A DNA stretch of 64,000 bases from Octopus vulgaris (taxonomy: Eukaryota): assembly GCA_951406725.2 (NCBI GenBank), contig OX597823.1, positions 104,036,001 to 104,100,000 of the forward strand, read 5' to 3'. A program made the position numbers and the translations under genes. Positions 15,068 to 29,261 of this stretch are shown in pieces; the stretch's first letter is position 1; the number at the start of each line of letters is the position of its first letter. The notes beneath the pieces are model-generated. The model saw nothing but the letters and a program-made list of their open reading frames with translations, was not told where the DNA came from and did no database searches.

Positions 15068-15983
15068 TATATTATATTAATTCCCTGTAATTAACTTCCG
15101 ATTTATTCTCCTCTAGTATAATTTGAAACAAGAGCGTTATCTATTTTCAAATATTTATGATATACAAAAGATAAGACATTTTAAGATATCTTGGTTTGCT
15201 TTCATTATAACATTTCCCTTTCAGCTTGAAGAAAAAACATCTATTTATGATTTACCCAATGTATTTATATTTTGCTGTTTTTATATTTATAAATTTACTA
15301 AATCTACATCAACGCGAATTTCTTTCTTGCCTTCCATTCAAAGTTGAATAGGCTTTTAGTATCTGGATTTAATATATCAAAATAAACTGATCTTTATATA
15401 TACATGCATGCATAATATGTACATATATACATACAAACTTAAATATTTTTTCGATTTGCTTTAAAAAGTCACGATGACTTATTCACTATTATTGCGTGTT
15501 GCAAAATGCAAAATATATTTTTAGTATTTTTAAGTATTTGCGACGCTAAACTCCTTTAGTTTTTTAATATAGATAATAGCTTATTGGATAGTACCTAGAA
15601 ACAGAACTAGCATCTAATGCCATATATTATTATACATGTTTGTTCATATACATATATATATATATATATATACATATAAGAGGGATGACCATTAAGTGGA
15701 CATCCATTATGCGAGAAGTCGACCCCCTGTATATTTTGTATCTTTTCATTTGTCTTGCTCGCTTGCGTTCTGACGTTTGCTAAATTTTCTTGAGAACATT
15801 CCTTTCTTAGTGGTAAGACCATAGGGGTCGACTTCTAGCATAATGAATGTCCACTTAGTGGTCATCCCTCTTATATGTATGTAATATATTTTTTGTGAAT
15901 CTTCAGATTTTTCTATATGCTAGACCGCTTTGTGCAATTTTCAGCTGCACAATTTAATTAAATTAGAACAGATGGACACATTA

Positions 15984-16024
<41 letters not shown>

Positions 16025-16117
16025 TTAAAATTATAACCTTTGGAAGATTTTTATTTCCATGCTGGCCACCTGATAAGATCGGTATTTTAAATATCGATCT
16101 TATCCTTATTTATATAA

Positions 16118-16158
<41 letters not shown>

Positions 16159-16578
16159 AGGTTACATGAGTTACAGGGTAAAATAACCGTCTAAGGGATA
16201 GAAGTATCCAATATACTACCGGTATATTACCAATGTTTAACCATGGGCATGCATATACAAATATATTATGCTCATAAATTATAGGTAAAGACAAAGATAA
16301 ACATGAGTTTACCAAGAATCAAAATTTAGAGAAAAACAGAAAATGGAGAAATATTGATGAACAACAATTGACTTCCATCAATTTTTAATTATCATTTCAA
16401 TTTTTTTTTATTTATCCATCCCATCCCTGCCCCCGTACAAAATATTAACCCATCAAATACTATTTTAAGTTTAGTCACTTAACGTCCCAAAGAGATACAC
16501 AGGCAAAATGGTATGATTACAACCATGTTTAACTTTTCCTCTGTCTTCTCTAAGCTCTTCTTTTTTATTTATTCTTCA

Positions 16579-16682
16579 CTCTGATGAAGTTCCATATTTC
16601 AGATCGGTTACCAAATATGGTAAATATTTTTAACATATCAATGGAAATATCATACAGCATTGGGAGCAGAAACAGCTGTTAG
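16579..16682 (+). ncRNA. Hammerhead-like motif with long stem II insertion
   Basis: CTGATGA-A-GTTCC...GGAGC-A-GAAACAGCTGTT; palindromic stem III; stem I eroded to 2 bp. Same architecture as 1848-1895. Confidence 0.5.
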
Positions 16683-16775
16683 ATAGTATGCATTCTGTTT
16701 GTATTGAATTAATAAATAATAATTGATGTAAGCCAATTGTTGTTCATCAACATCTCTCCATTTTCTGTTCTCTCC

Positions 16776-16858
<83 letters not shown>

Positions 16859-16912
16859 TGTGTATGTGTGTGTGTGTGTGTGTATTTATGTATGTATGTA
16901 TGTATGTATGTA

Positions 16913-17095
16913 CGAGAGGTGCTGAAAAGTTCCTAGTTTTTGGAGGTTCAACCTTCCGAGTTCTTTTACAGGGTTTAGAAAAACTGAAGCACCGCGTGTA
17001 AATCTTAGAGAGAAATATACTGAATATAATCATAATTAACTGATCCTTCCGAATTTTCTTTTTTTCAAATCCAGGAACTTTTCGGCACCCCCTCT
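16913..17095 (+). mobile_element. Mariner-derived MITE
   Basis: TIRs CGAGAGGTGCTGAAAAGTTCCT / AGGAACTTTTCGGCACCCCCTC, TA flanks, interior LQGLEKLKHR resembling a mariner transposase C-terminus. Confidence 0.8.
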
Positions 17096-17353
17096 TATAT
17101 ATGTATATATTTTTAAGAGGTCATGAGCCAACAGGTTTTTGGGATCTGACGATACGCCATAAAGCTAAACCCTTTATGGACTGGAAACCCAAGATAATCC
17201 CATAACCGGCCTTCCCCATTTTTAAGATATATATGAATATATATATATATAGGGAGAGAGAGAGGGGAAATATACATGTACATAAATATATATACGTACA
17301 TATACATACACATATATATATATATATATATATATGAACGTGTATGTATGCGC

Positions 17354-17389
<36 letters not shown>

Positions 17390-18264
17390 ACTGTAGTGTA
17401 TACGAGTGTAAGAGCTTAATGTATTTGAAAATAGTTAAATTCAAATACATTCAGATTAAAAGCATATAATTGTCTTTTAGGGAGAGATACGAAGAATTAT
17501 GGTTCGAAACAGATAGGAGGAAATTGAATAAAGCGTCGAGAAAGTAAGCATTAAGCGACGTTTCCTGCGAAGAAATAGATTGCATCTCATAGTGGAAAAG
17601 CCATTTTAGCTATTTGGAACACACAAATGGTGTTCTATACAGTTTCTATTTCGGTCTCCAGATGTTCAAAATTTCGCAACACAACTACGGCTTTCTGCTG
17701 CAACTTCCATGCTTCATTTTTTTTCAATCAACCGATAGATGGTGGATATTAAGGGTTTAAAGCTAGTCAATATGAATATTGCTGATCTATATGCTCGTAG
17801 GTTCAACAAGTAAGATGAAATAAAAAAGAAAAAATAGCAATAAGGCCTATAAGGATTGACCAGTAACTAAATTTCAAACAGTTGCAGCAGATACGTGCCA
17901 GTGAACAGGTTGCGGTTGTGCGAAAACTATTAAATTCGTTTTCATTTATTTCTTGAATTTTCACTTAAGAAATAAATTTGGAAAGGCTTTATTAATATTG
18001 ATGAGTATTTTTAAATGATTAAAATGGTTCTTCTGCAATGTAATTACTTCAGTTTCACAGATAATATTCACTTGCTAGACAAATACAACTACTAAATAAG
18101 CACCAATTATTTTTGTACACGCTAATGTAGAAGAAAGAACTTTGTTTTAAAAAACTAGTGGACTATAGAAAAATATTAGGGAAATTTTGAGAAAAAAATG
18201 AATTTGTAACGTATAACGCTTACATCTATGTATGTGTGTGTGTGTGTGTTTGCGTAAATATATG

Positions 18265-18298
<34 letters not shown>

Positions 18299-18746
18299 CC
18301 TCTCTCTCTCTCCCTCTCTCTCTGTTTATATATATACATATATGCATAAGCGTTGGGGATTGGTAATTGGCGGTCCTGCTAATGGGGTTGGTTGGTGACA
18401 TAAGTATAAACGTTATACGTTAATAGAGAATAACATGCTTGTGTTGTTATGTGTATACTGAAGCTAAATTATAGAGTGAAAGGTGAAGGAATTTCATAAA
18501 CGTATGAAGGAGAAAATGCAGAGAATAACCAGTCTTTTAATCTTTCGGGGTTTTGTAAGTTCAAGTGCACAGAGGAAATGACGAATTCCTTTTGTTTTCC
18601 GTTTTTTTTTCCTTTAAGATCGAAGAAAGACTGAATGGCAAAGAGGAATGAATAGGTTCGAAAAGTTTTTTTAGATCAAGTTCGTGAAATACAGTTATTA
18701 TCGATGGTGGATTTCCAATGTTATATAAGGACAAAGGAAGTATATA

Positions 18747-18963
18747 CACGAGGGGATGCTGAAAAGCTCCTGGCTTTGGGTAGAAGAAAATACGGGAGGA
18801 CCAGTTAATTATGATTTTATTCAACATATTCCCCCTCTCAGATTCACACTTATTGCAGCGGTCCTTCAGTTTTTCTAATCCCTGGAGAACTCGGAAGGTT
18901 AAGCCACTAACCAGACCTTTCGTGATACCCTTAAAGCCAGGAACTTTTCGGCATCCCCTCGTG
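18747..18963 (-). mobile_element. Mariner-derived MITE (same family, opposite orientation)
   Basis: TIRs CACGAGGGGATGCTGAAAAGCTCCTGGCTT / AAGCCAGGAACTTTTCGGCATCCCCTCGTG; minus strand QGLEKLKDRCNKCESERG. Confidence 0.85.
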
Positions 18964-19381
18964 TGTATATACATATGCATAAGTAAATATATATATATAT
19001 ATATGAACAAAACACCCCCCACCCCACCATCCAACGAACCGTGCTGAGTTGTCAAACATTTAAACCAAATTTTCTCAAAACAACTTGTCCGACCGTCTCA
19101 TAGTCCTCCCCTTTGAGAAACACTGATTTAACCTAAATTTGAGACACTAGCAAAAGAAGGAATAAAGATAGACTTTTTTCTGTTCCAAAGAAAAACGATT
19201 TCCCACGGCTTTATCGATCGCATTCTCACCTGGAATCGATTTTTGTAATTTTTTCAAGACTTATACACGCCCTGATAGCGTCGGTATTTACATATTGAAT
19301 TTGAGCGCAATCGGATGGAGGATGCCCGAGATACTAGAAGCCACACACACACACACACACACAGACCGGATTTTATATGAG

Positions 19382-19412
<31 letters not shown>

Positions 19413-20858
19413 TGTATGTATGTATGTATGTGTGTATGTATGTGTGTATGTATGTGTGTATGTATGTATGTATGTATATGTGTATGTATGTATATAGATA
19501 CATACATGCATGCATACTTATATGCGTACGTACATACATACATACATACATACATACATACATACATACATACATACATACATACATAAACATATACATA
19601 TATATATTATGTCATACTATATTATATCATTCTATATTACATTATATTAATGTTTCGCTTAGGTCATAGCGAAACTAATAACTTGGTGTTAGAATTCAGT
19701 ATATAATACATATGCTAATGCTTCAGAATAAAGCTCTGGGTACTTTATTATCTCAAAAAGTGCAAGTCAGATATGTTCTCGGAAGAGATTTGAACTCAGA
19801 ACTGAAATAAATAAATAGATAAAGTGAGTAATGGTTGAACACATGTACCCTTAACGCAAAATCAACAAGATGCAGCATTAGGCTAAGGATGGGTTTTAGA
19901 ATTATAAGTATAGTCCGGGTGACAAGCCTTTGCACCGTTTCGCTCACTCATATTGACTCTCTCTCTTTCTCTCTCTCTCTCTCTCACATACACACACACA
20001 CACGCACCAAATACTACATTCACACACAAACGCACACACCAGTTACCATACTCACACACATTAACACAATCATACACACACACGTGCAACACACACATAT
20101 ACATACACATGCACAGATCCACCATTGTCGTCTCGAGACAATGGTAACATAACGTATCTAAGACGCCACACAGTGGGATCGAATCCGGTACTGCTTGGTT
20201 GCGAAGTGGCAACACACACACACACAACAACAACAACAACACACACACACACACTCACATGAACACATGACCGCAATCACGCACTCTGACATAATCACAC
20301 ATACACACAAGCACAATCACACACACAAATGACTTCAATCAGACTCAGAAAACACAATCACACAGACTTCACACTCACACACTCACACACACATACACAC
20401 ATCAATGACTACACTCACACCCACATTAACAGAATCATACATTAACACATACACACATATCTACAATCACACACACACGCACGCACGCACACAATTACAC
20501 TACATACATACACGAACAAACACAAAGACATGCACACACACACATACACAAATGTACACATACAGAAATTAAAGCAAATTCCGAAACCGCAGCATTCCAA
20601 GTTTACAGCCAACACGACTGCCTTACTTATTGACTTACAGCATAAATGATTGAATAATCAACATTTATAGAAATGCTTAATCGGAATCAGAGTACCATGT
20701 TATCCGAAATTGCAGTCTATCCAATTTCACTCGCCATCGGATCGAACGTAAGACTTGATGATTGTGGAGTGAACTTCTTAACTTCTTAAATATTCAGCAA
20801 AACTTACGGCGTTATATACATATATACATTAACGAATACTTTCATATATATATATATG

Positions 20859-20944
<86 letters not shown>

Positions 20945-21008
20945 ATATATATATATATATACATACACATACATATATATATATACACACACATACATAT
21001 ATATATAT

Positions 21009-21055
<47 letters not shown>

Positions 21056-21114
21056 CACATACATATATATATATATATACACACATACATATATATATAT
21101 ATACACACACACAC

Positions 21115-21149
<35 letters not shown>

Positions 21150-21718
21150 CAAGTACACACACAGAGATGTTTAGACACACATGTATATGTATGTGTGTGT
21201 GTGTATGCCTGTTTATGTACGATCATAACTATATCTAGTTATATGTATTCATATATAGTTTCATACATACATACATTCATACATGCATGCATGCATGCAT
21301 ACATACATACATACATACATACATACATACATACATACATACATACATACATACATACATACACATACGTGAGTATGCTTTGTGTGAATGTGCGGGGAGC
21401 ACCACGCCCCTGCGCTTCGGGTGCAAAATTACTTTTGGACTTAATAGAAAAACCAGATGCAATGAAAGCGTTATTGTGAATTATGAATTATATTTTCAAT
21501 AATGTTTGGTGGAAATATAATATAAGAATTAGTGATATATATTTCATTGTAATATCATAGTTTCCTATATTTAATATCACCAGTTGAAAGAGTAAATGTA
21601 ATAGCATTAGGTTATTCATTTATATGACTCTGTTAAGATACATTTTCACACGCACACACCCACACACCCACACTCACTCACAGATATATGTATATGTGTA
21701 TATATGATATATATATAC

Positions 21719-21783
<65 letters not shown>

Positions 21784-21929
21784 TAGGTGAATGAATTATC
21801 CTATGTTTATCGTCAGCATGGAAAATGCACCCTTTATTCCCTCGGAATGAAAATATGCTGTCCTCGAAACATGTGTCGAGAGTAAAGAAATTTTGTTAAC
21901 ATCTTCGTTCGACTCCATTCTTTCATTTA

Positions 21930-21960
<31 letters not shown>

Positions 21961-21965
<5 letters not shown>

Positions 21966-23370
21966 TAATCCAAACAAGAAAACAAAAAGACAACAACGCA
22001 AGGATGTGGAACAAATAAAGTATTATTGGACGCTCAGGAAAGAGGGGAAGAAGGAGGGTTTGACGTTTCGAGCGGAGCTCTTCGTCGGAAACATAGGAGA
22101 AGGAAAGGTCCCGAGACGGGAGGACAGAGGAAAAAAAATCGCTGGTGGTATTCACGATGTCACATACTAAAAGACAAAAGTGGTAAAAATGGAGGAAAAT
22201 GTTTTTAAAAACAAGAGAGCTATATCAAAGAAGGAATGGTAAAAAAGGTGTGCGAGATGACAAGTGTGTGTGTGTGAGTGTGTGTGTGTGTGTTTGTGTA
22301 TGGTGGACAATGGCTAGTAGCAAGCAGTAGTAGAATTAAGGAGTGAGGTGGGGGTACCCTAGCAAGTCAGAAAGGCAGGTCAGAAACAGGGAGGTATGTG
22401 TGTGTGCGTGTATAGGTATCGTGTGTGTGTTTTGTTGTAGTATGTGTATGCGTACGTGTGCGGTTTTTTTGTGTGTATGGCGAGTAACTGTGCTTAACTT
22501 AGTGTATGTGTGCGTGTGTGCTTGTACGTATGTATAATTGTGTGCGTGTATGTATGTGTGTCTGTGCTTATATGTGTGTACATATGTGTATGTGTGCGTG
22601 CGCGTGGTGGTATATGTTGTGTGTATGTATATGTGTCGGTGTGTATGTGAATTAGTGTGTGTTTGTACGTGTGTATGTGTGTGTGCGTGTATTGTATATA
22701 TATGTAAATGTGTGTGTGTACGTGCGTGGGAGTGAATGTATGTATGTATGTGCGTGTGTTTACAAATGTAGGGGCTTATATGTGTGTTTATATGTTTATA
22801 TGTGTGTATATATATGCATGCAAGGACACACTTCGCAACTGAAAGATTGATGGAAAAGACTCTTGCGGTGCGGGCGCATGCAAATCTACAGGCACACACG
22901 CACACGCTCCGACGTAAGCCCGAAATAAAGCCAGACCCCACAGGCATGCGTGCATGCATGTATGTATGTGTATGTTTGTGTGTGTATATATGTATGTATG
23001 TATGTATGAATGAAAGTATGAATGTATGTATTTATGTATGTATGTGTGTGTGTGTGTGTGTGAATGTATGCGTGTGTGCGTGGGATTTCCTCTGGAGTTG
23101 TGTGGGCGTAATGTATGTTGTGTATGTATGTATGTGTGTGTGTATGTATGTATGTGTGAGTGTATGTGTGTATGCCGGTATGTATGTATGTCTTGTGTAT
23201 GTATGTATGTGTGTGTATGTGTGTGTGTATGTATGTGTGTATGTATGTATGTGTGTATGTATGTGTGTGTATGTGTGTATGTGTGTATGTATGTATGTAC
23301 GTGTGTATGTGTGTAAGTGTGTGTGCGTGTATGTATGTAGGTATGTATGTGTGCGCGCGTGCATGCATGC
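21961..23370 (-). mobile_element. PLE-like 3' terminus (pLTR with hammerhead motif) plus long CA/GT-rich UTR
   Basis: 21961-22160 matches 37371-37580 and carries a minimal hammerhead at 22058-22092. Extent of the UTR is uncertain. Confidence 0.55.
22058..22092 (-). ncRNA. Minimal hammerhead-like motif, CCGACGA core
   Basis: Minus strand GTTT-CCGACGA-A-GAGC-TCC-GCTC-GAAACGTC-AAAC. Confidence 0.6.
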
Positions 23371-23521
23371 CTGTATGTGTAATGAATTATCCTATGTTTA
23401 TTGCCAGCATGAAAAATTCGTTTAACCGAAGCCTGGGTAGCAATTTCACGTCAGAAAACACGGTTGAAGCGACCTGTCAAGGGTAGAAACTCCGGGTTCT
23501 TGTGTAGAAATTTGTGTGTTG

Positions 23522-25007
23522 CATATGAATAAATCAAAGAATGGAGTCGAACGAAGATGTTAACAAAATTCCTTTACTCTCGACACAGGTTTCAAAGACA
23601 GCATATTTTCATTCCGAAGGAATAAAGGGTGCATTATGCAATATTCTCGTCAGGAAAGAAAAGGAGCCTCTCTCAACAACAAGACAAACAAAAATTTCGA
23701 TGATTGCCTACATGGTAACCAAAGCGATAATGAGTGTTTTTTTAAAAAATCCGTTATAAGCAATGACGTCAAAAATAGATAGTAGGATGAAGTAAAAATA
23801 GGTAGGGGACAGTATGTTTGCTGTATGTATGGAAATGTGTGGGTGTGTGCTTGTGTTAATGAGTGCGTGTGTTTGTGTGTGTGTGTATGTGTGTGTGTAT
23901 ATAACTGCATTTGTGTCTGTGTGTGTGATTGTGTGTGAGAGAGAGAGAGAGACAGACGTCAAAGATAGGTAGTAGTAAGGGAAGATATAAAGGAGTAATA
24001 GGTAGGGAAGGGGAAGTGTACGTTGATTGAAAGAATGTTCGGAGACATAGGAAAGAATTGTGGACGTGAAGCTAATTGTTAAAACCACAGTGACTATCGT
24101 TATCATTTATATGAGTAGAAAGTGTGTTTCTGCCAATGTTTACATTTGTACGATTTTTCTATGAGTGTGTTTACTAGGGGAACCTTAGCGAAAAGAATAT
24201 GGAAGAGGTCAGAGTTACAAATGTTACAAAATCTCCTGCCCTTATCAAAAGGAAAGGATACAGACAATATGAACCAATCCAACTTGAAAGTTATATTGTT
24301 GTCTTTAAGACGCCAAACTAATTTACTTAGTTTGTACTATGTTCGTTTTTTCCTATCTCTGAATGTCGAATAGTGGTTAGAAATTCTCTTGGATAACTAA
24401 GAAGTGGACGCTCCTATATAGAAGAAAATATCGGTACCGGAAGAAACTCTACACTGGTAAATGGAATTCTTAATTTTGGAATTACTAGACAAAAATTATA
24501 TTCTGTTAGGGTTGCCCTCCGAGATCGAGACGAAGTTTTTATTGTTATGATTGTTGTTTTTATTATTACTATCGCTAACAACTACACTATTTCTATTATT
24601 ATTAGTATTATTAATTGTACTACAACCAGCAATATCACCGACAATAATACCGTTATTGTTGTTACCATCAACACTGCCAATGTTATTAACAAGACTAATA
24701 CTATTATTAATATTATCATTGTTAACACTATCGCTGCTACCAATGCTGGTACTATTAATACTATTTCTATTATTATGATTGCATGATGTGTTGGAATTGG
24801 TAAGATTAGTGTTGGAACTCCCGGGTGAAGAATCTTTGTTTAGCAGCTTGGTATTATGGGAAGATATAATTTGTGAAAGATTCCTAGTGTTAGAGAAAGC
24901 GATTCTAACCTTGTGTGAATTGATAATAGAATGATATCTAGAACGTTGAGAGAGGCTCCTTTTCTTTCCTGATGAGAAGATTGCATAATGCACCCTTTAT
25001 TCCTTCA
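23522..25007 (-). mobile_element. Degenerate Penelope-like element (different family): linker + GIY-YIG pseudogene, 3' pLTR with hammerhead, inverted partial pLTR at the 5' end
   Basis: One minus frame: HKVRIAFSNTRNLSQIISSHNTKLLNK, an Asn-rich tract, then *FLSSNSKIKNSIYQCRVSSGTDIFFYIGASTS*LSKRISNHYSTF...LSKLVWRLKDNNITFKLDWFIL...FCNICNSDLFHIL (3 in-frame stops). 24945-25006 is the reverse complement of ~23615-23679. Confidence 0.82.
23571..23664 (-). ncRNA. Type I hammerhead ribozyme motif in PLE pLTR
   Basis: Minus strand CCTTTTCTTTC-CTGACGA-GAATATTGCATA...TATGCTGTCTTT-GAAACCTGTGTC-GAGAGTAAAGG; GUC site. The inverted copy near 24969 has CTGATGA. Confidence 0.68.
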
Positions 25008-25548
25008 AAATTTAAAAAATATATTTTCTGTGATTTTTCAAATTGTTGATACATATATATTTATATATGTATGTATGTATATGTATTTGTATGTCTGTCT
25101 GTGTGTGTGTGTGTGTGTGTGTGTCTTCATTGCCAGTATATAATTGTACAAAGAAACACTGTGTATGTCGCTATCACTACTGAATGTTTCCATGACTACG
25201 GCATATCTTCATGTCCAGGACATAGTTGTTTCCATGGCAACCATACATCACCATGGCTAACGTGTATAATTCTCCACTACCAGTGTTCAACTGTGTCCAT
25301 GGTTACTATATTTCTCCAAAGATATTGTATGATTCCGTGATTACAGACGATATGTCTTCAATGACAAGTTATAGAGACACAGTTGTATCGACGGCTGCGC
25401 TATTTCTGTGTAGGGTGTGTGTGTTACTTGTGCGTGTTGTGTATGTGTGCCTGTGTGTATATATATATTTATGTATATATATACTCAGAGCATTGATAAT
25501 GGCCTAGGTATATCTGAGATTATATATCTGGCTAAGACGTAAAAGGGT

Positions 25549-25986
25549 GGAGGTGCAATGGCCCAGTGGTTAGGGCAGCGGACTCGCTGTGTGGTATCTT
25601 GTGTACCTTGAGCTTGCCAAACACATTTGTGGTACCTTGGACAAGTTTCTTCTACTAAAACCCTGGGTCGACCAAACGCTTGTGAGTGGATTTGGTAGAC
25701 GGAAACTGAAAGAAGCCTATCGTGTGTGTGTGTGTGTGTTTGTGAATATGCATGTATATATCTGTGTGTGTGTTTCTTTGTGTTTGTTTTTGACGCCACA
25801 ACACCGTTTGATAACCGGTTTTGATTTGTTGAGAGCTTCGTAACATGACAGTTCGACAAAACTAACCGATAAAATAAGTATCAGACTTTAATGAAAATAA
25901 GCACCAGAGTCGATTCGTTCTATTAAAACGCTTTCAAGGTGCTGCCCCAGCGTGGCCGCAGACCAGTGCAGGAAACAAGTAAAAGA
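25549..25986 (+). mobile_element. Chimeric SINE: family 2 head + family 1 body
   Basis: GGAGGTGCAATGGCCCAGTGGTTAGGGCAGCGGAC matches the 26527 head; the remainder matches family 1. Confidence 0.7.
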
Positions 25987-26526
25987 TACAAGACAAAGCT
26001 GGGTCCAATTCCAAGTAATGTATATCCACATCCAAAATATGACAAGCCTCTTGGCGTATATGGAGTGTAAATCATACGCCATAAATAATTAGTCATTTCA
26101 AGTTGGGAATTAAATTCTATGAAAGTAGAAAATAAAGCTCCGGCTAAAAATCAAGCTACTTTACGCAGTTCCGTTTTCCCACCCATCTTGCCTTATAACC
26201 AACTCGTAACCGTTTACACATCCACCTCTAAACGAAATGTTTCAATGTGTGTGAGCGTGCCTGTATGTATGTATGTATGTATGTATGTATGTATGTATGT
26301 ATGTATGTATGTGTGTGTGTGTGTATGTGCGTGCGTGTGTGAAACAATGCATTCCAGTCCATTGCCTGTTATCCCATTTCTGGCTATGTAAACGTACACC
26401 TATTCAGCCACAAAGTTGCATAAACTCGCATGTGTATACTCACACCTGCAGACACGCACGTACGCACACAAAAAATATGTTTATATATATATATATATAT
26501 GTATGTTTGTGTGTGTGTGTGTGTGT

Positions 26527-26894
26527 GGAGGCGCAATGGCCCAGTGGTTAAGGCAGCGGACACGCGGTCATTGGATCGCGGTTTCGGTTCCCGGACTGGG
26601 CGTTGTGAGTGTTTATTGAGCGAAAACACCAAAGGCACTGCGACGCTCCGGTAGTGAGTGGGGGTGATCTCTGCTGTATTCTTTCACCACAATTTCCTTT
26701 CACTCTTTCTTTCTGTACCTGTTGTACCTGTATTTCAAAGGGCCAGCCCTGTCACGCTGAATCTCCACGATAACTAAATTGACGGCACATGAGTCTGTGC
26801 AGTTCTAATCCACTGGCGCGTTAATTTCACGAGCAGGCTGCTCCGTTGATTCGATCAACTGGAACCCGCATCGTTGTAACCGACAGAATGCCAC
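26527..26894 (+). mobile_element. tRNA-derived SINE (family 2)
   Basis: tRNA-like head TGGCCCAGTGGTTAAGGC...GGTTTCGGTTCCC; 3' domain ending GTAACCGACAGAATGCCAC shared with 58886-59177. Confidence 0.8.
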
Positions 26895-27074
26895 GGTATA
26901 TATATACACACATTGTTTTTCTTTTACTTGTTTCACTTATTTGACTGCAGCCATGCTGGAGCACCACCTTTAGTCGAGAAAATCGACTTATTCCTTGTGA
27001 GCCTAGTACTTCTATCTTTTGCCGAACTGCTAGTTTACGGAGACGTAAACATCAGTTGTCAAGCGATGGTGGGA

Positions 27075-27631
<557 letters not shown>

Positions 27632-27676
27632 TATATGTATCTATCTAGCTAGCTATTTATTTATATATATATATAC

Positions 27677-27765
<89 letters not shown>

Positions 27766-28119
27766 TAGATAGATAGATAGATACATACATACATACATAC
27801 ATACATACATACATACATACATACATACACGCGTACATAACGTGCATGAATGTGCACATGTGTATGTACGTATATAACCATTGTTTTCAGCTGGCTATAC
27901 GAAACAGTATCTGGGTCCATATATTTTCGAAAATATGAGGACACAAGCTATTGTTTCGTAAAGCAAGCTCGAAACGGTGTGTCCTGGGGCTAAATAGCAA
28001 TAGCAGTCATCCTCTCCATGACAGACACTTGTTGGCAAATATCCATATAAGTGTATATACATACATATATACGCGTATACATAAACATACTTATATTTGA
28101 ATATACATAAATATATGTG

Positions 28120-28169
<50 letters not shown>

Positions 28170-28349
28170 CACACGTTTACACTTATAGACATATATATAT
28201 ATATGTCTATAAGTGTATAAGTTCATGTATATATATATATATATATAATATCGATATATATACATTATAATATATATATATAATATCGATATATATACAT
28301 TATAATATATACATATGATATATAAAATATATATTAATTATATCTATTG

Positions 28350-28405
<56 letters not shown>

Positions 28406-28530
28406 TATAAATATATATATTATAAGTATATATAGACAGTATATATCTATCTATCTATCTATCTATCTATATATATATATATCTGTCTCTATATATATCT
28501 TATTATATGTATGTATGTACATATACTTAT

Positions 28531-28613
<83 letters not shown>

Positions 28614-28717
28614 ATACATGTTTGTATGTATATGTATATACATATATGTGTGCGTGAGCATGTGTTACTTTGATACTTTGATAGGTTTCGGCCATTATTG
28701 GCCCAGGCCATGTCTAA

Positions 28718-28769
28718 CTTAATAGCACCACCTGGTACTTAATAGCACCACCTGGTACTTAATAGCACC
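28718..28769 (+). repeat. 20-bp tandem repeat CTTAATAGCACCACCTGGTA, 2.6 copies
   Basis: Directly visible. Confidence 0.9.
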
Positions 28770-29261
28770 GGCTATATAAACACATGCTCATACATACATG
28801 CATACATTGATACATATGCCTACGCATATACGTGTGTATAGGTGTGTGCGTATATATAACCATCGACACGCCAGCTGGCAATATATTTTACAATAAAACT
28901 CCTTCTCATTACCATTAACTCTATTTGTGAAAGCTAATTAAGTCCATGAAAACTAAGAATTGGATATACTCTACTTCCCATTACGGACATACATACATAC
29001 ATACATGCGTATGAATGCACACGTACAAGCACACACTCTCATACATACACATATACATACACTCATATATACACACATACATACACGCGCGCGCGCGCGC
29101 ACACACACACACACACACAAACACACAGACACACATATTAGAAGTTTACCCGGCGTTATCCGGAAAATGATGTACACCGACAATTTATTCACTTTTTTAT
29201 TTTTATTTTTATTTTATTTATCTTTGTTGCTGAAAGAGGAGGCGTTGGTGGTGTGATGCTC

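Noticed and set aside
24165-24500. Selenocysteine recoding of the PLE in-frame stops
   Set aside because: The stops are TAA/TAG, not TGA; ordinary decay.
26527-26600. tRNA gene (also at 13383 and ~59105-59177)
   Set aside because: Cloverleaf is imperfect and continues into SINE bodies.
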